This document shows positions 9,545-18,365 of a stretch of DNA of 64,000 bases, piece by piece. This DNA is from an uncultured delta proteobacterium (lineage in GTDB: Bacteria; Desulfobacterota; WTBG01). The DNA lies in contig CAWCBP010000001.1 of the NCBI GenBank assembly GCA_963793865.1, forward strand, positions 463,457 to 527,456, written 5' to 3'. Position numbers and translations under genes: made by a program. Positions within the stretch are counted from its first letter, which is position 1, and each line of letters opens with the position of its first letter. Under the pieces are notes generated by a model that saw only the letters and a program-made list of their open reading frames with translations, was not told the origin of the DNA and ran no database searches.

Positions 9545-11029
9545 ATGCATATGGGCAACAACCGGGGAAAGACAACCGGCATCATCATCAGGACCGTCAT
9601 CATGCTGCTGTGGCTGGGCATGATGGGAATACTGGTGCAAAGAACCTGCTTTGACGGGGGGAGCAGCCATGCCCGGGCGGGCGGCACCGCAAGCCAGCTG
9701 CGGCCGCGGGAAGAGTGGATGGGTATTTACTGGGGCGGGGAAAAGGTCGGCTATTCCGTTTCAAAGATAAAAAAGTCGCGCGACGGATATCAGATGGATG
9801 AGCAGGCGGTCATGGATCTCACGGTCATGGGGACCTCCCAAAGGATAGACACCGAGCTGACCTCCCGGGTGGATAATGCCTTTACCCTGCGGTCATTTGA
9901 CTTCCGGATGATGTCGAACCTTTTCAGCTTTAAGGCGGCGGGGACTGTGGAGGGCAACCGGCTGCAGCTGGAGCTGGAGTCGGGGGCAAGCACGAAGCGC
10001 ACTGCCATCGAGCTGGAAGAGGCGCCCTGCCTTGCCGGCACGATCAAGCCGCTTATGCTTTCCGAGGGACTGGAGGTGGGGAAAAGGCTGCGCTACAGCA
10101 TTTTTGATCCCGCCACCATGGCCAGCGCCCCGGTGGAGATCGTGGTTGAGGGGAAGGAGGACCTGGAAATTCGCGGAAGGACCATTGCGTGCTACCGTCT
10201 CGGGAGCACATTTAAAGGCATCACGCTGCGCTCCTGGATAGATGAGGAGGGCAATACCATGCGCGAAGAGAGTCCGATGGGCCTGATGCTGATCCGGGAA
10301 AGCAAGGTTGACGCCCTGACCGCCAACTGGCGCGGCACAAAAAAGGATTTTCTGACGGCCAGCGCCATCCCGGTGGAAAGGCCCATCACCGCCGACTATC
10401 CGGCCTATCTCAAGGTGCGCCTGCTGAACTGCGACCTGCAGGGATTTGACCTTTCCTCACAACGGCAGGCGCTGCGCGCCGATACGCTGGAAATTACACG
10501 GGAGGATCTTTCGGACCTGCCTCCCTGCATCATCCCCGTCGGCGGAAAGGAAATGCAGGAATATCTCAGCCCCACCCCTTTTATTCAGAGTGCCGACCCC
10601 GCACTTCGCGCGCAGGCCGGTGAAATTATCGGTGATGAGCGCGACGCCCTCAAGGCGGCTGCGCTCCTTCATGGCTGGGTATACCGCACGATTGAAAAGA
10701 GGCCGGCCCTGAGCATTCCCAGCGCGCTGGATGTGTTGCGATTGAAGGTGGGCGACTGTAATGAACATGCCACGCTCTTCGTTGCCCTTTGTCGCGCCGC
10801 GGGCATACCCTGCAAGCTCTGCGCGGGAATCGTGTATAATCAGGGCAGCTTCTATTACCATGCCTGGTCCGAGTTTTACGCGGGGCGCTGGGTGAGCGCG
10901 GACCCGACCCTGGACCAGCTTCCGGCGGACGCGACCCACATCCGGCTGATTGAAGGGGGGCTGGACCGGCAGCTTGAAATCATCCGGCTGATCGGAGCGC
11001 TGAGGGTGGAGGTGGTGGAATACCGATGA
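9545..11029 (+). CDS. Transglutaminase-like domain membrane protein
   Basis: N-terminal TM segment. C-terminal transglutaminase core GDCNEHATLFVALCRAAGIPCKLCAGIVY...HAWSEFY...SADPT (Cys-His-Asp). Confidence 0.75.
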   Translation: MHMGNNRGKTTGIIIRTVIMLLWLGMMGILVQRTCFDGGSSHARAGGTASQLRPREEWMGIYWGGEKVGYSVSKIKKSRDGYQMDEQAVMDLTVMGTSQRIDTELTSRVDNAFTLRSFDFRMMSNLFSFKAAGTVEGNRLQLELESGASTKRTAIELEEAPCLAGTIKPLMLSEGLEVGKRLRYSIFDPATMASAPVEIVVEGKEDLEIRGRTIACYRLGSTFKGITLRSWIDEEGNTMREESPMGLMLIRESKVDALTANWRGTKKDFLTASAIPVERPITADYPAYLKVRLLNCDLQGFDLSSQRQALRADTLEITREDLSDLPPCIIPVGGKEMQEYLSPTPFIQSADPALRAQAGEIIGDERDALKAAALLHGWVYRTIEKRPALSIPSALDVLRLKVGDCNEHATLFVALCRAAGIPCKLCAGIVYNQGSFYYHAWSEFYAGRWVSADPTLDQLPADATHIRLIEGGLDRQLEIIRLIGALRVEVVEYR

Positions 11030-11856
11030 TGCAGCTGCGCGAGCTTTCAAAGCGGTTCGGCAATCTCATGGCTGTCGACGGCGTTTCCCTGGAAGTGAAA
11101 CGGGGGGAGATTTTCGGTTTCCTGGGCCCGAACGGGGCGGGGAAGACCACCACCATCAAAATGCTGGCGGGCCTGATCAAGCCCAGCAGCGGGCGGGTGA
11201 TCATTGACGGGTGGGACCTGGAGGAGCGCCCGCGGGAGGCGAAAAAGGCGGTGGGGTTCATTCCCGACCGGCCGTTTCTCTATGAAAAGCTGACCGCACA
11301 TGAATTCCTCCGTTTTCTTGCAGGGCTTTACGGCTGTCCCGCGGATGGAACCGATGAGCGCATGACATCGCTTTTGCGGCTGTTCGGCATTGAGGAGTGG
11401 AAGGACGAGCTGATTGAAAGTTTTTCTCACGGCATGAAGCAGCGGCTGGTGATGGTATCCGCGTTTTTGCATCAGCCCAAGATAATCATTGTGGATGAGC
11501 CCATGGTGGGGCTGGATCCGGCCGGCGCCCGGCTGGTAAAAGAGGTGTTCCGAAGCTTTGCCTCACGCGGAGGGGCGGTCTTCATGTCCACCCATACCCT
11601 GGAAGTGGCGGAGGAGGTCTGTGACCGCATTGCCATCATTCACGGGGGCCGGATTGTGGCGTCGGGTACGATCGATGAGCTCAGGCAAAAGGCGGGCAGC
11701 GAGGGGGTTAAGCTGGAAACCCTCTTTTTCAAGCTTACCGGGGGAGAGCAAGAGCGCCGCCTGGCGGAGTCGATGCAGTTCAATGACGGGTTGTTGAAAA
11801 AGTGTTTTCTTCAGGCTCTTCAAAAGCCCCTCCCCCTTGAGCCACAAATCAGATGA
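11026..11856 (+). CDS. ABC transporter ATP-binding protein
   Basis: Walker A GPNGAGKTT, signature SHGMKQRL and Walker B IIIVDEP. Its start overlaps the upstream stop. Confidence 0.9.
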   Translation: MMQLRELSKRFGNLMAVDGVSLEVKRGEIFGFLGPNGAGKTTTIKMLAGLIKPSSGRVIIDGWDLEERPREAKKAVGFIPDRPFLYEKLTAHEFLRFLAGLYGCPADGTDERMTSLLRLFGIEEWKDELIESFSHGMKQRLVMVSAFLHQPKIIIVDEPMVGLDPAGARLVKEVFRSFASRGGAVFMSTHTLEVAEEVCDRIAIIHGGRIVASGTIDELRQKAGSEGVKLETLFFKLTGGEQERRLAESMQFNDGLLKKCFLQALQKPLPLEPQIR

Positions 11857-13589
11857 GTGTTTTTCAACAACCTGCTAAGGAGATCACGGGCATGGGTGAG
11901 ACCGTGCTGCTGCTGGCGGCAAAAGTACGTTCATACAGGAACAGCTCAAGGGATGCGGGTAGCAGTAAGCTGGTTCGCCTGATGGTCTTTTCTGCCGCTG
12001 CGCTGCTCTTCTGGGCCGGGACCTTTTACATATTTTACCGCGTGCTGGGCTACTTTGCCGGCATCGAGGTCATCGGGACCCTGCTCGCCGCCAAGCTGCT
12101 TTCCATGGTCTTTCTCACCTGCTTCTCGCTGCTGCTCTTCAGCAATACCATCACCGCGCTTTCCACCTATTTTTTGTCGGACGACCTGCAGCTGCTCAAC
12201 GCGGTGCCTGTTTCCGCCACCGGCCTCTATGCCGGCCGGTTTCTTGAAACCGTGATCAGCAGCTCCTGGACGGTGCTTTTCTTCAGCTCGCCCGTCTTCC
12301 TCGCCTACGGCCTGGTGTACCATGCCTCGTTTGCTTATTATCTTGCCCTGGCAGGGGTGATCATCCCCTTTGTTCTCATCCCTGCCGCGGCAGCAACCGT
12401 GCTCATCCTGCTTCTGGTCTCCCTCGTTCCCGCGCGCCGCCTCAAGGAAATCATCGTGCTTACCTTCATCCTGATTGTGGTGGGGGTGTTTCTCTTCATC
12501 CGCTTCCTTCAGCCCGAGCGGCTGGTGGACCCGGAGAGCTTTTACCTGGTGATGGATTATATCAGCAATTTACGAACACCCGCCTCTCCCTTTTTTCCCA
12601 GCCAGTGGGCTGCAGACGCCCTGGCCCCCTTTCTTTTCGATTCCGCGCGGTGGTCGCAGTTCCCGGTCATGCTGCTCTGGAGCACCGGTCTGGCCTTCGC
12701 GGTCATGGGCGAATGGGTCTTCAAGCGGCGCTACGTTGACGCCTGGTCAAAGGCCCAGGAGGCCAGAAGCGCCCGCTGGTCCCGGTCAACACCGCTCAAC
12801 CGCTCTCTTGATTGGCTGCTGAAGCCCCTATCCCCGGCGGTCCGCGTCATCATTCTGAAGGATCTGAAGCTTTTTCTGCGGGACACCAACCAGTGGACGC
12901 AGCTCTTCCTGATCGGGGCGCTGATCGTTATCTACGTGTATAATTTCAGCGTCCTTCCCATGGAGCGGTCGCCGCTTCCCACATTCTATCTGCAGAACGT
13001 CATTGCCTTTCTTAATCTGGGGCTGGCGGCCTTTGTGATTGCCGCCATAGCCGGGCGGTTTACCTTCCCCGGCGTGAGCATCGAGGGGAAGGCCTTCTGG
13101 ATTCTCAAGTCATCGCCCCTGGAGCTGCGCACGGTGCTCTGGAGCAAGTTCTGGGTCAATTTCCTCTTCCTGCTGGTTCCGGCGGAACTGTTGATCATCA
13201 CCACCAACCTGCTGATGAACGCGGCCCCTTTCATGCAGTGGCTCTCGGTGCTGAGCATTGCGGGAATGACCTTCGGCATTACCAGCCTGGGCATGGGGTG
13301 CGGCGCCCGCTTCCCCCGCTTCAACGCGGAAAACGTATCGCAGGTGGCCACGGGCTTTGGCGGCATGTTTTACATGATCGTGGCGGTGCTGTTTATCGGG
13401 CTGATGGTGGTGCTGGAGGCGCGCCCGGTCTATCTCTTTTTCATGGCGCAATTCAGGGGCCTGCCCCTGACCGGGTGGGAGCTGGCCGAGATTGCCGGGC
13501 TGCTCGCGGCCGCCGTGCTGCTGAATGCGCTTGTGGCCATTCTCCCCATGCGCCTGGGGCTTAAGCAACTCGCAAGCCTGGAAGTGTAG
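11853..13589 (+). CDS. ABC transporter permease (large multi-TM, ABC-2-like)
   Basis: 578 aa with more than 10 hydrophobic segments. Start overlaps the stop of the ATPase. Confidence 0.6.
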   Translation: MSVFQQPAKEITGMGETVLLLAAKVRSYRNSSRDAGSSKLVRLMVFSAAALLFWAGTFYIFYRVLGYFAGIEVIGTLLAAKLLSMVFLTCFSLLLFSNTITALSTYFLSDDLQLLNAVPVSATGLYAGRFLETVISSSWTVLFFSSPVFLAYGLVYHASFAYYLALAGVIIPFVLIPAAAATVLILLLVSLVPARRLKEIIVLTFILIVVGVFLFIRFLQPERLVDPESFYLVMDYISNLRTPASPFFPSQWAADALAPFLFDSARWSQFPVMLLWSTGLAFAVMGEWVFKRRYVDAWSKAQEARSARWSRSTPLNRSLDWLLKPLSPAVRVIILKDLKLFLRDTNQWTQLFLIGALIVIYVYNFSVLPMERSPLPTFYLQNVIAFLNLGLAAFVIAAIAGRFTFPGVSIEGKAFWILKSSPLELRTVLWSKFWVNFLFLLVPAELLIITTNLLMNAAPFMQWLSVLSIAGMTFGITSLGMGCGARFPRFNAENVSQVATGFGGMFYMIVAVLFIGLMVVLEARPVYLFFMAQFRGLPLTGWELAEIAGLLAAAVLLNALVAILPMRLGLKQLASLEV

Positions 13590-13924
13590 CAGGCTGTTGA
13601 AAAACACCCATCCCCTGCGTTACACGCTCCTCCTTCGTCACTGCAGCGTACTTGTATGTACGCCTCATTCCTCAGGATTTCGCGTGCCTTGCATCTGGAT
13701 GTTTTTGATCAGCCTGCTGAAAATACTTTTTCAATAACCTGCTAGGCGGCGGAGACAGCCGTTGTTTAGGCGGCAGGATCGGAACTTTCCGGTTGGCTTT
13801 GCTGCGCCACTGTTTACAATCAAGAAACTATGTGTTACACAGATAGCGGATGCCCCATGAGGAAAAGAGTGCACAAAGCCTGTTGAGCCGCATGAGGGCA
13901 TATGATTGAAAGGAGGTCAGCCGC

Positions 13925-14524
13925 ATGAAAGGTTCCGTGATCAGAAGTAATTGCAGGTTGTTCCTGATACTTTTTTTAAGCACACTTTTTACGGGGGCTA
14001 CGGTTATGGCGGAGGAAGCAAAACAGCGCATACTGCTTGATTTTGAACAATCGGGTGACGCCGCCAACTGGTCCGTCATCAACGATGTGGTCATGGGTGG
14101 GGTTTCAAACAGCAGCTTTACCGTGCAGAAGCCGGGAACCGCTGTTTTCTCCGGTGCGGTCTCATTGGAAAACAATGGCGGCTTTGCCTCGGCAAATATG
14201 AAACCGGCACAATTCGATGTGAGCGGGTTTGACGGCATCAGATTCCGGGTTAAAGGTGATGGGAAAAACTATAAGATTACCCTGAAAAATGACGGCGCCT
14301 TCAATGGCTTTTCCTACCGGTTTGAATTCGGCACTAAAAACGGCGAATGGCTCACCATTGATGCCCCCTTTTCAGCATTCGTTCCCAAATTCATGGGGCA
14401 AACCACCAGCGCACCGCCGGTGGACAGGGCAAAGATAAAAACCTTCGGCTTTTTAATAGCGGACAAGCAGGATGGGCCGTTCCGCCTTGAGATTGACTGG
14501 ATTGGCGCCTATAAGAAGGGGTAA
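13925..14524 (+). CDS. CIA30 (complex I intermediate-associated protein 30) family protein, secreted
   Basis: Signal peptide. A beta-rich region with the pattern VMGGVS...F.G......NGGFAS....FDVSGFDGI.F.VKGDG..YK, as in bacterial CIA30 homologues. Confidence 0.55.
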   Translation: MKGSVIRSNCRLFLILFLSTLFTGATVMAEEAKQRILLDFEQSGDAANWSVINDVVMGGVSNSSFTVQKPGTAVFSGAVSLENNGGFASANMKPAQFDVSGFDGIRFRVKGDGKNYKITLKNDGAFNGFSYRFEFGTKNGEWLTIDAPFSAFVPKFMGQTTSAPPVDRAKIKTFGFLIADKQDGPFRLEIDWIGAYKKG

Positions 14525-14554
14525 TCAGTGCACGTGCACGGGGAGGTATGATTG

Positions 14555-14884
14555 ATGAAAAAGGGTGGAATAGTCGTGATGGCAATGGTTATGGTTTTCT
14601 GCTGTGCAGCTGTTACCCGCGGGCAAAATCCCGCGGCCGTGTCCGAAGGCGAAGTCCTCTTCAAGCAGTACTGCCAGGCGTGCCATCCCGGCGGGAAGAA
14701 CGTGATGAATCCGGCAAAGACACTGTACGCGCAGGATCTGAAAAAAAATAAGATAGAAACCCCGGAAGCGATTGTAAAAATGATCCGCAAGGCGCCGCCG
14801 GGGATGACCGCCTTCGATGAAAAGGTTATATCGGATAAGGATGCGGACGCAATCGCCCTCTATATCCTGCAGACCTTTAAATAG
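14555..14884 (+). CDS. Class I c-type cytochrome (c6/c553-like), secreted
   Basis: Signal peptide, CQACH haem motif and a downstream Met ligand (PGM). About 110 aa. Confidence 0.8.
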   Translation: MKKGGIVVMAMVMVFCCAAVTRGQNPAAVSEGEVLFKQYCQACHPGGKNVMNPAKTLYAQDLKKNKIETPEAIVKMIRKAPPGMTAFDEKVISDKDADAIALYILQTFK

Positions 14885-14892
14885 CTGCAGTG

Positions 14893-15192
14893 TCATTGAG
14901 GCGGGGCGTAACCTTCCACGATCACCGCGCGGGAAGTGGCCGCCTCTTCCCTTAACGGGGCAATCTTACGGTACTCCGGCGAGGCAAAGCAGTCCCTTGC
15001 CTGCTGAACCGTTTCGAACCGGATTATCACCAGCCGTTTCGGAAGCCACTCTCCCGAGAGACGGGTTACCCTGCCTCCCCGCACCAGATACCTTCCCCCT
15101 GCCTTTTCAATAATTGACGTGGCCTGCGCGACATACCGGGCATACAGCTCCTGATTGTGGACGTCGATGTCAAGTATGAGATAGGCGGACAT
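14893..15192 (-). CDS. DUF1330 domain-containing protein
   Basis: MSAYLILDIDVHNQELYARY... matches the DUF1330 N-terminal pattern. 99 aa. Confidence 0.6.
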   Translation of the reverse strand: MSAYLILDIDVHNQELYARYVAQATSIIEKAGGRYLVRGGRVTRLSGEWLPKRLVIIRFETVQQARDCFASPEYRKIAPLREEAATSRAVIVEGYAPPQ

Positions 15193-15290
15193 GGAGCGCT
15201 CCTCGTGACTTTTTTGGATAATCCGTGAAGCCGCTTGGGCGGGCAGGGATTCCTCAGATCTGCCCCGCGTTCAACAGTTGGGCGGAAACA

Positions 15291-16520
15291 TCACGACGCT
15301 TCAGCCGGTCGGGCAACTCTTCCCAGAAAGAGGATGCTTCCCGAAGGTTTGTGCCGGATCAGAAAGATAAAGGGGTGATCAGCCCGGAAGAGGGGCGGGG
15401 AGACGGGTGCGGCGGTAAGGCGCATGGCCACCCCCGTTGCCGCGGCCGCCTCGGTTCCCTCCTCGTTGACATCCACGAAGGCCTTGTGCACCACGGCGCT
15501 GATAAAGAGATCCTTGCCGCCGGTCATGCCGGAAAAGTCAGCCGCCCCGCTGAATGCCTCCGGCATTCCCATGGCACCCAGCGTCTGGGCAAGCTCAAAC
15601 CGGGAGGTCATGGTAAATTTCGGCAGGCACACCCGGACCTCGCGTTTCCTGATGTCGTTGAGCACGGCCGTGAGTGCATCATCCGTCAGGCCGTTTTCAA
15701 GTTCCCTCAGGCCGTCAATCTTCCGGGGCAGGAGAACGATCATGGAGAGACTGTCGCCGGCGTAAGGCAGCTCGAGGGCCTGAAGCATTTCATCCTCCAT
15801 GTATCCAAAATCGTCCTGCCCGTTCATCATGGGCACCATGGTCTCCGTGCCCGGTGCTGTCCGGAACGGTTCGTCCTTCGTCCGATCCTTTATGAATCGG
15901 CTTGACCAGTTGCCTTTAAAGTATATGGCGTTGGTGAGGACCAAGCGCGTTAAGGAATCCAGCACGCCGGGCTTGATCAATTCCTGTATTTTGTTTTTGG
16001 TTTTATCCTCCACCCAGGCGTTGATCTGAAGGCGGGCCTTTTCAGCATCATTTTTAAAGCCGACCCGGTTCAATGACGCCTCGTAATACCGGCCGGTCAG
16101 GTCGGTAAAATTTTTCAGCAATGAAAAACCGCTCTCTACCCACAGCGCATTGGCGATGCTCAGTTCGATCTGCCCTTTTTCCTGCTCCTGCTTCAGCTGC
16201 GACTGAAGTGAGGAAAAGGAGGGGTGCAGCATCTGCCCGTCCGGCATGAAGTGCAGTGTATCGGCCATCTGTTTTTCAGTCGTGCCCCGGGCGCCGGCGC
16301 AGGTCATGGCCAGCGCGGCGGAGATGCTGTAGGGGGAGAAAAAAAGATTTCCCTCCGCTGTCCGCAGCCGGTTGTAGAGGTCAAGCGCAAACCGCGTGTT
16401 TCCCGCGACAACGGCTGCGGTATCGGCCGGGCTCACTGTCTCAACGGGTTTGCCGGGGAATGATGCCGCCGCGGCAGCAAAGAGTGCGAATGGCAGCAAC
16501 AAAAGGTAATGCAGTTTCAT
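15291..16520 (-). CDS. Serpin family serine protease inhibitor, secreted
   Basis: Signal peptide MKLHYLLLLPFALFAAAAAS. Serpin signatures NAIYFKGNW, a hinge/RCL region and the C-terminal FRADHPFIFLI. Confidence 0.85.
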   Translation of the reverse strand: MKLHYLLLLPFALFAAAAASFPGKPVETVSPADTAAVVAGNTRFALDLYNRLRTAEGNLFFSPYSISAALAMTCAGARGTTEKQMADTLHFMPDGQMLHPSFSSLQSQLKQEQEKGQIELSIANALWVESGFSLLKNFTDLTGRYYEASLNRVGFKNDAEKARLQINAWVEDKTKNKIQELIKPGVLDSLTRLVLTNAIYFKGNWSSRFIKDRTKDEPFRTAPGTETMVPMMNGQDDFGYMEDEMLQALELPYAGDSLSMIVLLPRKIDGLRELENGLTDDALTAVLNDIRKREVRVCLPKFTMTSRFELAQTLGAMGMPEAFSGAADFSGMTGGKDLFISAVVHKAFVDVNEEGTEAAAATGVAMRLTAAPVSPPLFRADHPFIFLIRHKPSGSILFLGRVARPAEAS

Positions 16521-16584
16521 GGGCTTTCTCCTCAGGCAGGCTTGTAGGCGCAAATCCGGAATTCGAAGCGAAATTCGAAAAAAT

Positions 16585-16735
16585 GACAAAGTTCAAATAA
16601 CAAAATCCAAATGAAAAGTGACAAAGCTCAAATGACAAAAAGTTCAAAACAAACCCGTTCGCTTGGCTGGTTTGATTATTGGTCATTTGTTTTTTTTCAT
16701 TGTTTTGAACTTTGCATTTTGCACTTTGACATTCA
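16585..16735. repeat. AT-rich imperfect long inverted repeat (about 45-nt arms) between the serpin and the NlpC/P60 gene
   Basis: The left arm ...GTGACAAAGCTCAAATGACAAAAAGTTCAAAACAAA and the right arm TTTGTTTTTTTTCATTGTTTTGAACTTTGCATTTTGCACTTTGAC are near reverse complements. Local GC is about 30%, against about 60% for the window. Confidence 0.5.
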
Positions 16736-16745
16736 CGAGCAGCCA

Positions 16746-17684
16746 TCACTGCTGGCTGCCGTGCGGGTACCACCTGCGGATGACAAACTGCTTCTGTTCG
16801 GGTAACTCCTTGACATTGTAGCTGTTGACCGGTATCCGGTCCTTCAAAATTTCAGTCAGCACCTCCCCGACAGTCCTGATTCTAACGCCGCCCTGGTTGC
16901 CGGCGCGGGTCTTGTCATAATCAAGCCGGCTTTCGATGACCCGGTCCCGGTCGAGAACAATGATCACATGTCCCGGCCAGACAATGATATCCAACGGTTC
17001 GACCGCTTGAATGATCTGAGCGAGGGGTGCATCTGCGATGGGCACCGCCTCTCCGAAGTTTACAAGCTCGCACGTGTTCCGCGGTGTCCAGCCGCCGGTT
17101 GCCTGGTAGAGAAGGCCGGAGCAGTCCAATCCCTGAAGCATCCGCCGGTTGCGTTCCTCCTGAGTGAGGGCGGCGGGTGGAGGGTAGAACGAAAGCATCT
17201 GCGGTATCCCCTCCCTCACGTTGCCGCCCCAGAGATAGGGGCTGCCCTCCGAAGAGATCAGAAAAGCGATGATGGCATTTTTGTCCGGGAGGCGCTTCTC
17301 GCGCCCGGGAGGTTTTTCAACGCTGGCGCGTACGAACCTGCTGTCTATGTAGTATCCGCCCGCCGAGGGATAGGGGTAATCGGCCGTCGTTACCCGGTAT
17401 ACGGTTTCCTCATCCCTGCGGATCACCGCCTCGATGGTAAACACGGTGCCCGGAAGGGCGATAAACTCCAGTTCGCGCAAAAGGCCTGTATCATGCCGGT
17501 CACCCGGTTGGGCGGTCTGCCTGCCGAGGATGGAGGATGCTTCCGCGGTGTTAAGCACCGGTGTAGGCAATATGGATAGTGCGTAGCCGGGGGACGGCCG
17601 TGTCATCTGCTGTCCCGGGATGTCAGCGGTTGCGCAACCGCCAAGAAGAAGGAGAAGGAAAACCGCTTTCAGCTGTGCCGGCAT
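16746..17684 (-). CDS. NlpC/P60 (C40) family peptidase lipoprotein
   Basis: Lipobox LLLGGC. YLWGG...GLDCSGLLYQATG...GHVIIVL matches the NlpC/P60 Cys/His catalytic core. Confidence 0.6.
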   Translation of the reverse strand: MPAQLKAVFLLLLLGGCATADIPGQQMTRPSPGYALSILPTPVLNTAEASSILGRQTAQPGDRHDTGLLRELEFIALPGTVFTIEAVIRRDEETVYRVTTADYPYPSAGGYYIDSRFVRASVEKPPGREKRLPDKNAIIAFLISSEGSPYLWGGNVREGIPQMLSFYPPPAALTQEERNRRMLQGLDCSGLLYQATGGWTPRNTCELVNFGEAVPIADAPLAQIIQAVEPLDIIVWPGHVIIVLDRDRVIESRLDYDKTRAGNQGGVRIRTVGEVLTEILKDRIPVNSYNVKELPEQKQFVIRRWYPHGSQQ

Positions 17685-17707
17685 CGTCGCGCCCCGGCAC
17701 GAACAGG

Positions 17708-18040
17708 CTATATGCCGATATTTGAGAGCATCACGCATATGCGGTTAACCGTGCCTACCAGGGTTGGGTGGGACGTCTCAAATCCCTTTACCGACGAGGC
17801 CAGGCCTTCCAGGGATACCTTTACCAGCTGGGGGTTCTTGTCCTGCCGAAGGGTCTCATGGGTGGAGACGGTGGTGAATCCCAGAATGCTTTCCGCCTCT
17901 TCACGACATGTTTTGGCCAGCTCTTCGATCTCGGTTTTCAGGGTTCCAAGCAGCGTGAGCAGCTCTGCCCGGTTGTCCTGCTTCATCGAATCGAGCTGTT
18001 TGACCTTTTCTTCTATGGCGGAAATAGTTTTTTTAATCAT
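17708..18040 (-). CDS. DUF4404 family protein (coiled-coil)
   Basis: C-terminal ...FETSHPTLVGTVNRICVMLSNIGI matches the DUF4404 C-terminal pattern (HP.L...I..I...L..MGI). Confidence 0.5.
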   Translation of the reverse strand: MIKKTISAIEEKVKQLDSMKQDNRAELLTLLGTLKTEIEELAKTCREEAESILGFTTVSTHETLRQDKNPQLVKVSLEGLASSVKGFETSHPTLVGTVNRICVMLSNIGI

Positions 18041-18108
18041 TTTTCAACTCCCGTCGCGCTTGTCTTAAAAACGGATTTCCGGTATCAGCTGCATTCCCCT
18101 TTATGGTT

Positions 18109-18321
18109 TCAGCCGACACCCCTGAGCCGTGAGATTTTTCCCTCTATCATCAGAATGTGTTTATGTTCTTCATCGCGCAGCTGCTCCAGCAGTTCCTGGA
18201 CCACCGTTACCGTCGAGCTGTTGATGAGCTGATTGTAAAAAGCGTAGGCTTCCCTTTCTTTTCTCAGGGCAGCGGTGAGGATGTCGATCGGTGTGCCCTG
18301 AGGGCGCTGTTTGGGTCGCAT
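18109..18321 (-). CDS. Small ferritin-like / rubrerythrin-like domain protein
   Basis: 70 aa. E...A..FY...L...LEEEHKH pattern of a di-iron half-site. Weak. Confidence 0.35.
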   Translation of the reverse strand: MRPKQRPQGTPIDILTAALRKEREAYAFYNQLINSSTVTVVQELLEQLRDEEHKHILMIEGKISRLRGVG

Positions 18322-18365
18322 AGTGACCGCTCCGAACTGGTAAAGGTTTATGACGCGGGAACAGT

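Noticed and set aside
12055-12255. 66-aa + strand ORF inside the ABC permease gene (different frame)
   Set aside because: It is internal to a coherent multi-TM CDS. Pro/Ser/Cys-rich frame artefact.
14525-14896. 123-aa - strand ORF
   Set aside because: Antisense to the c-type cytochrome gene, which has signal peptide and CxxCH motifs on the + strand.
15225-15905. 226-aa + strand ORF
   Set aside because: Antisense to the serpin gene, which has canonical serpin motifs.
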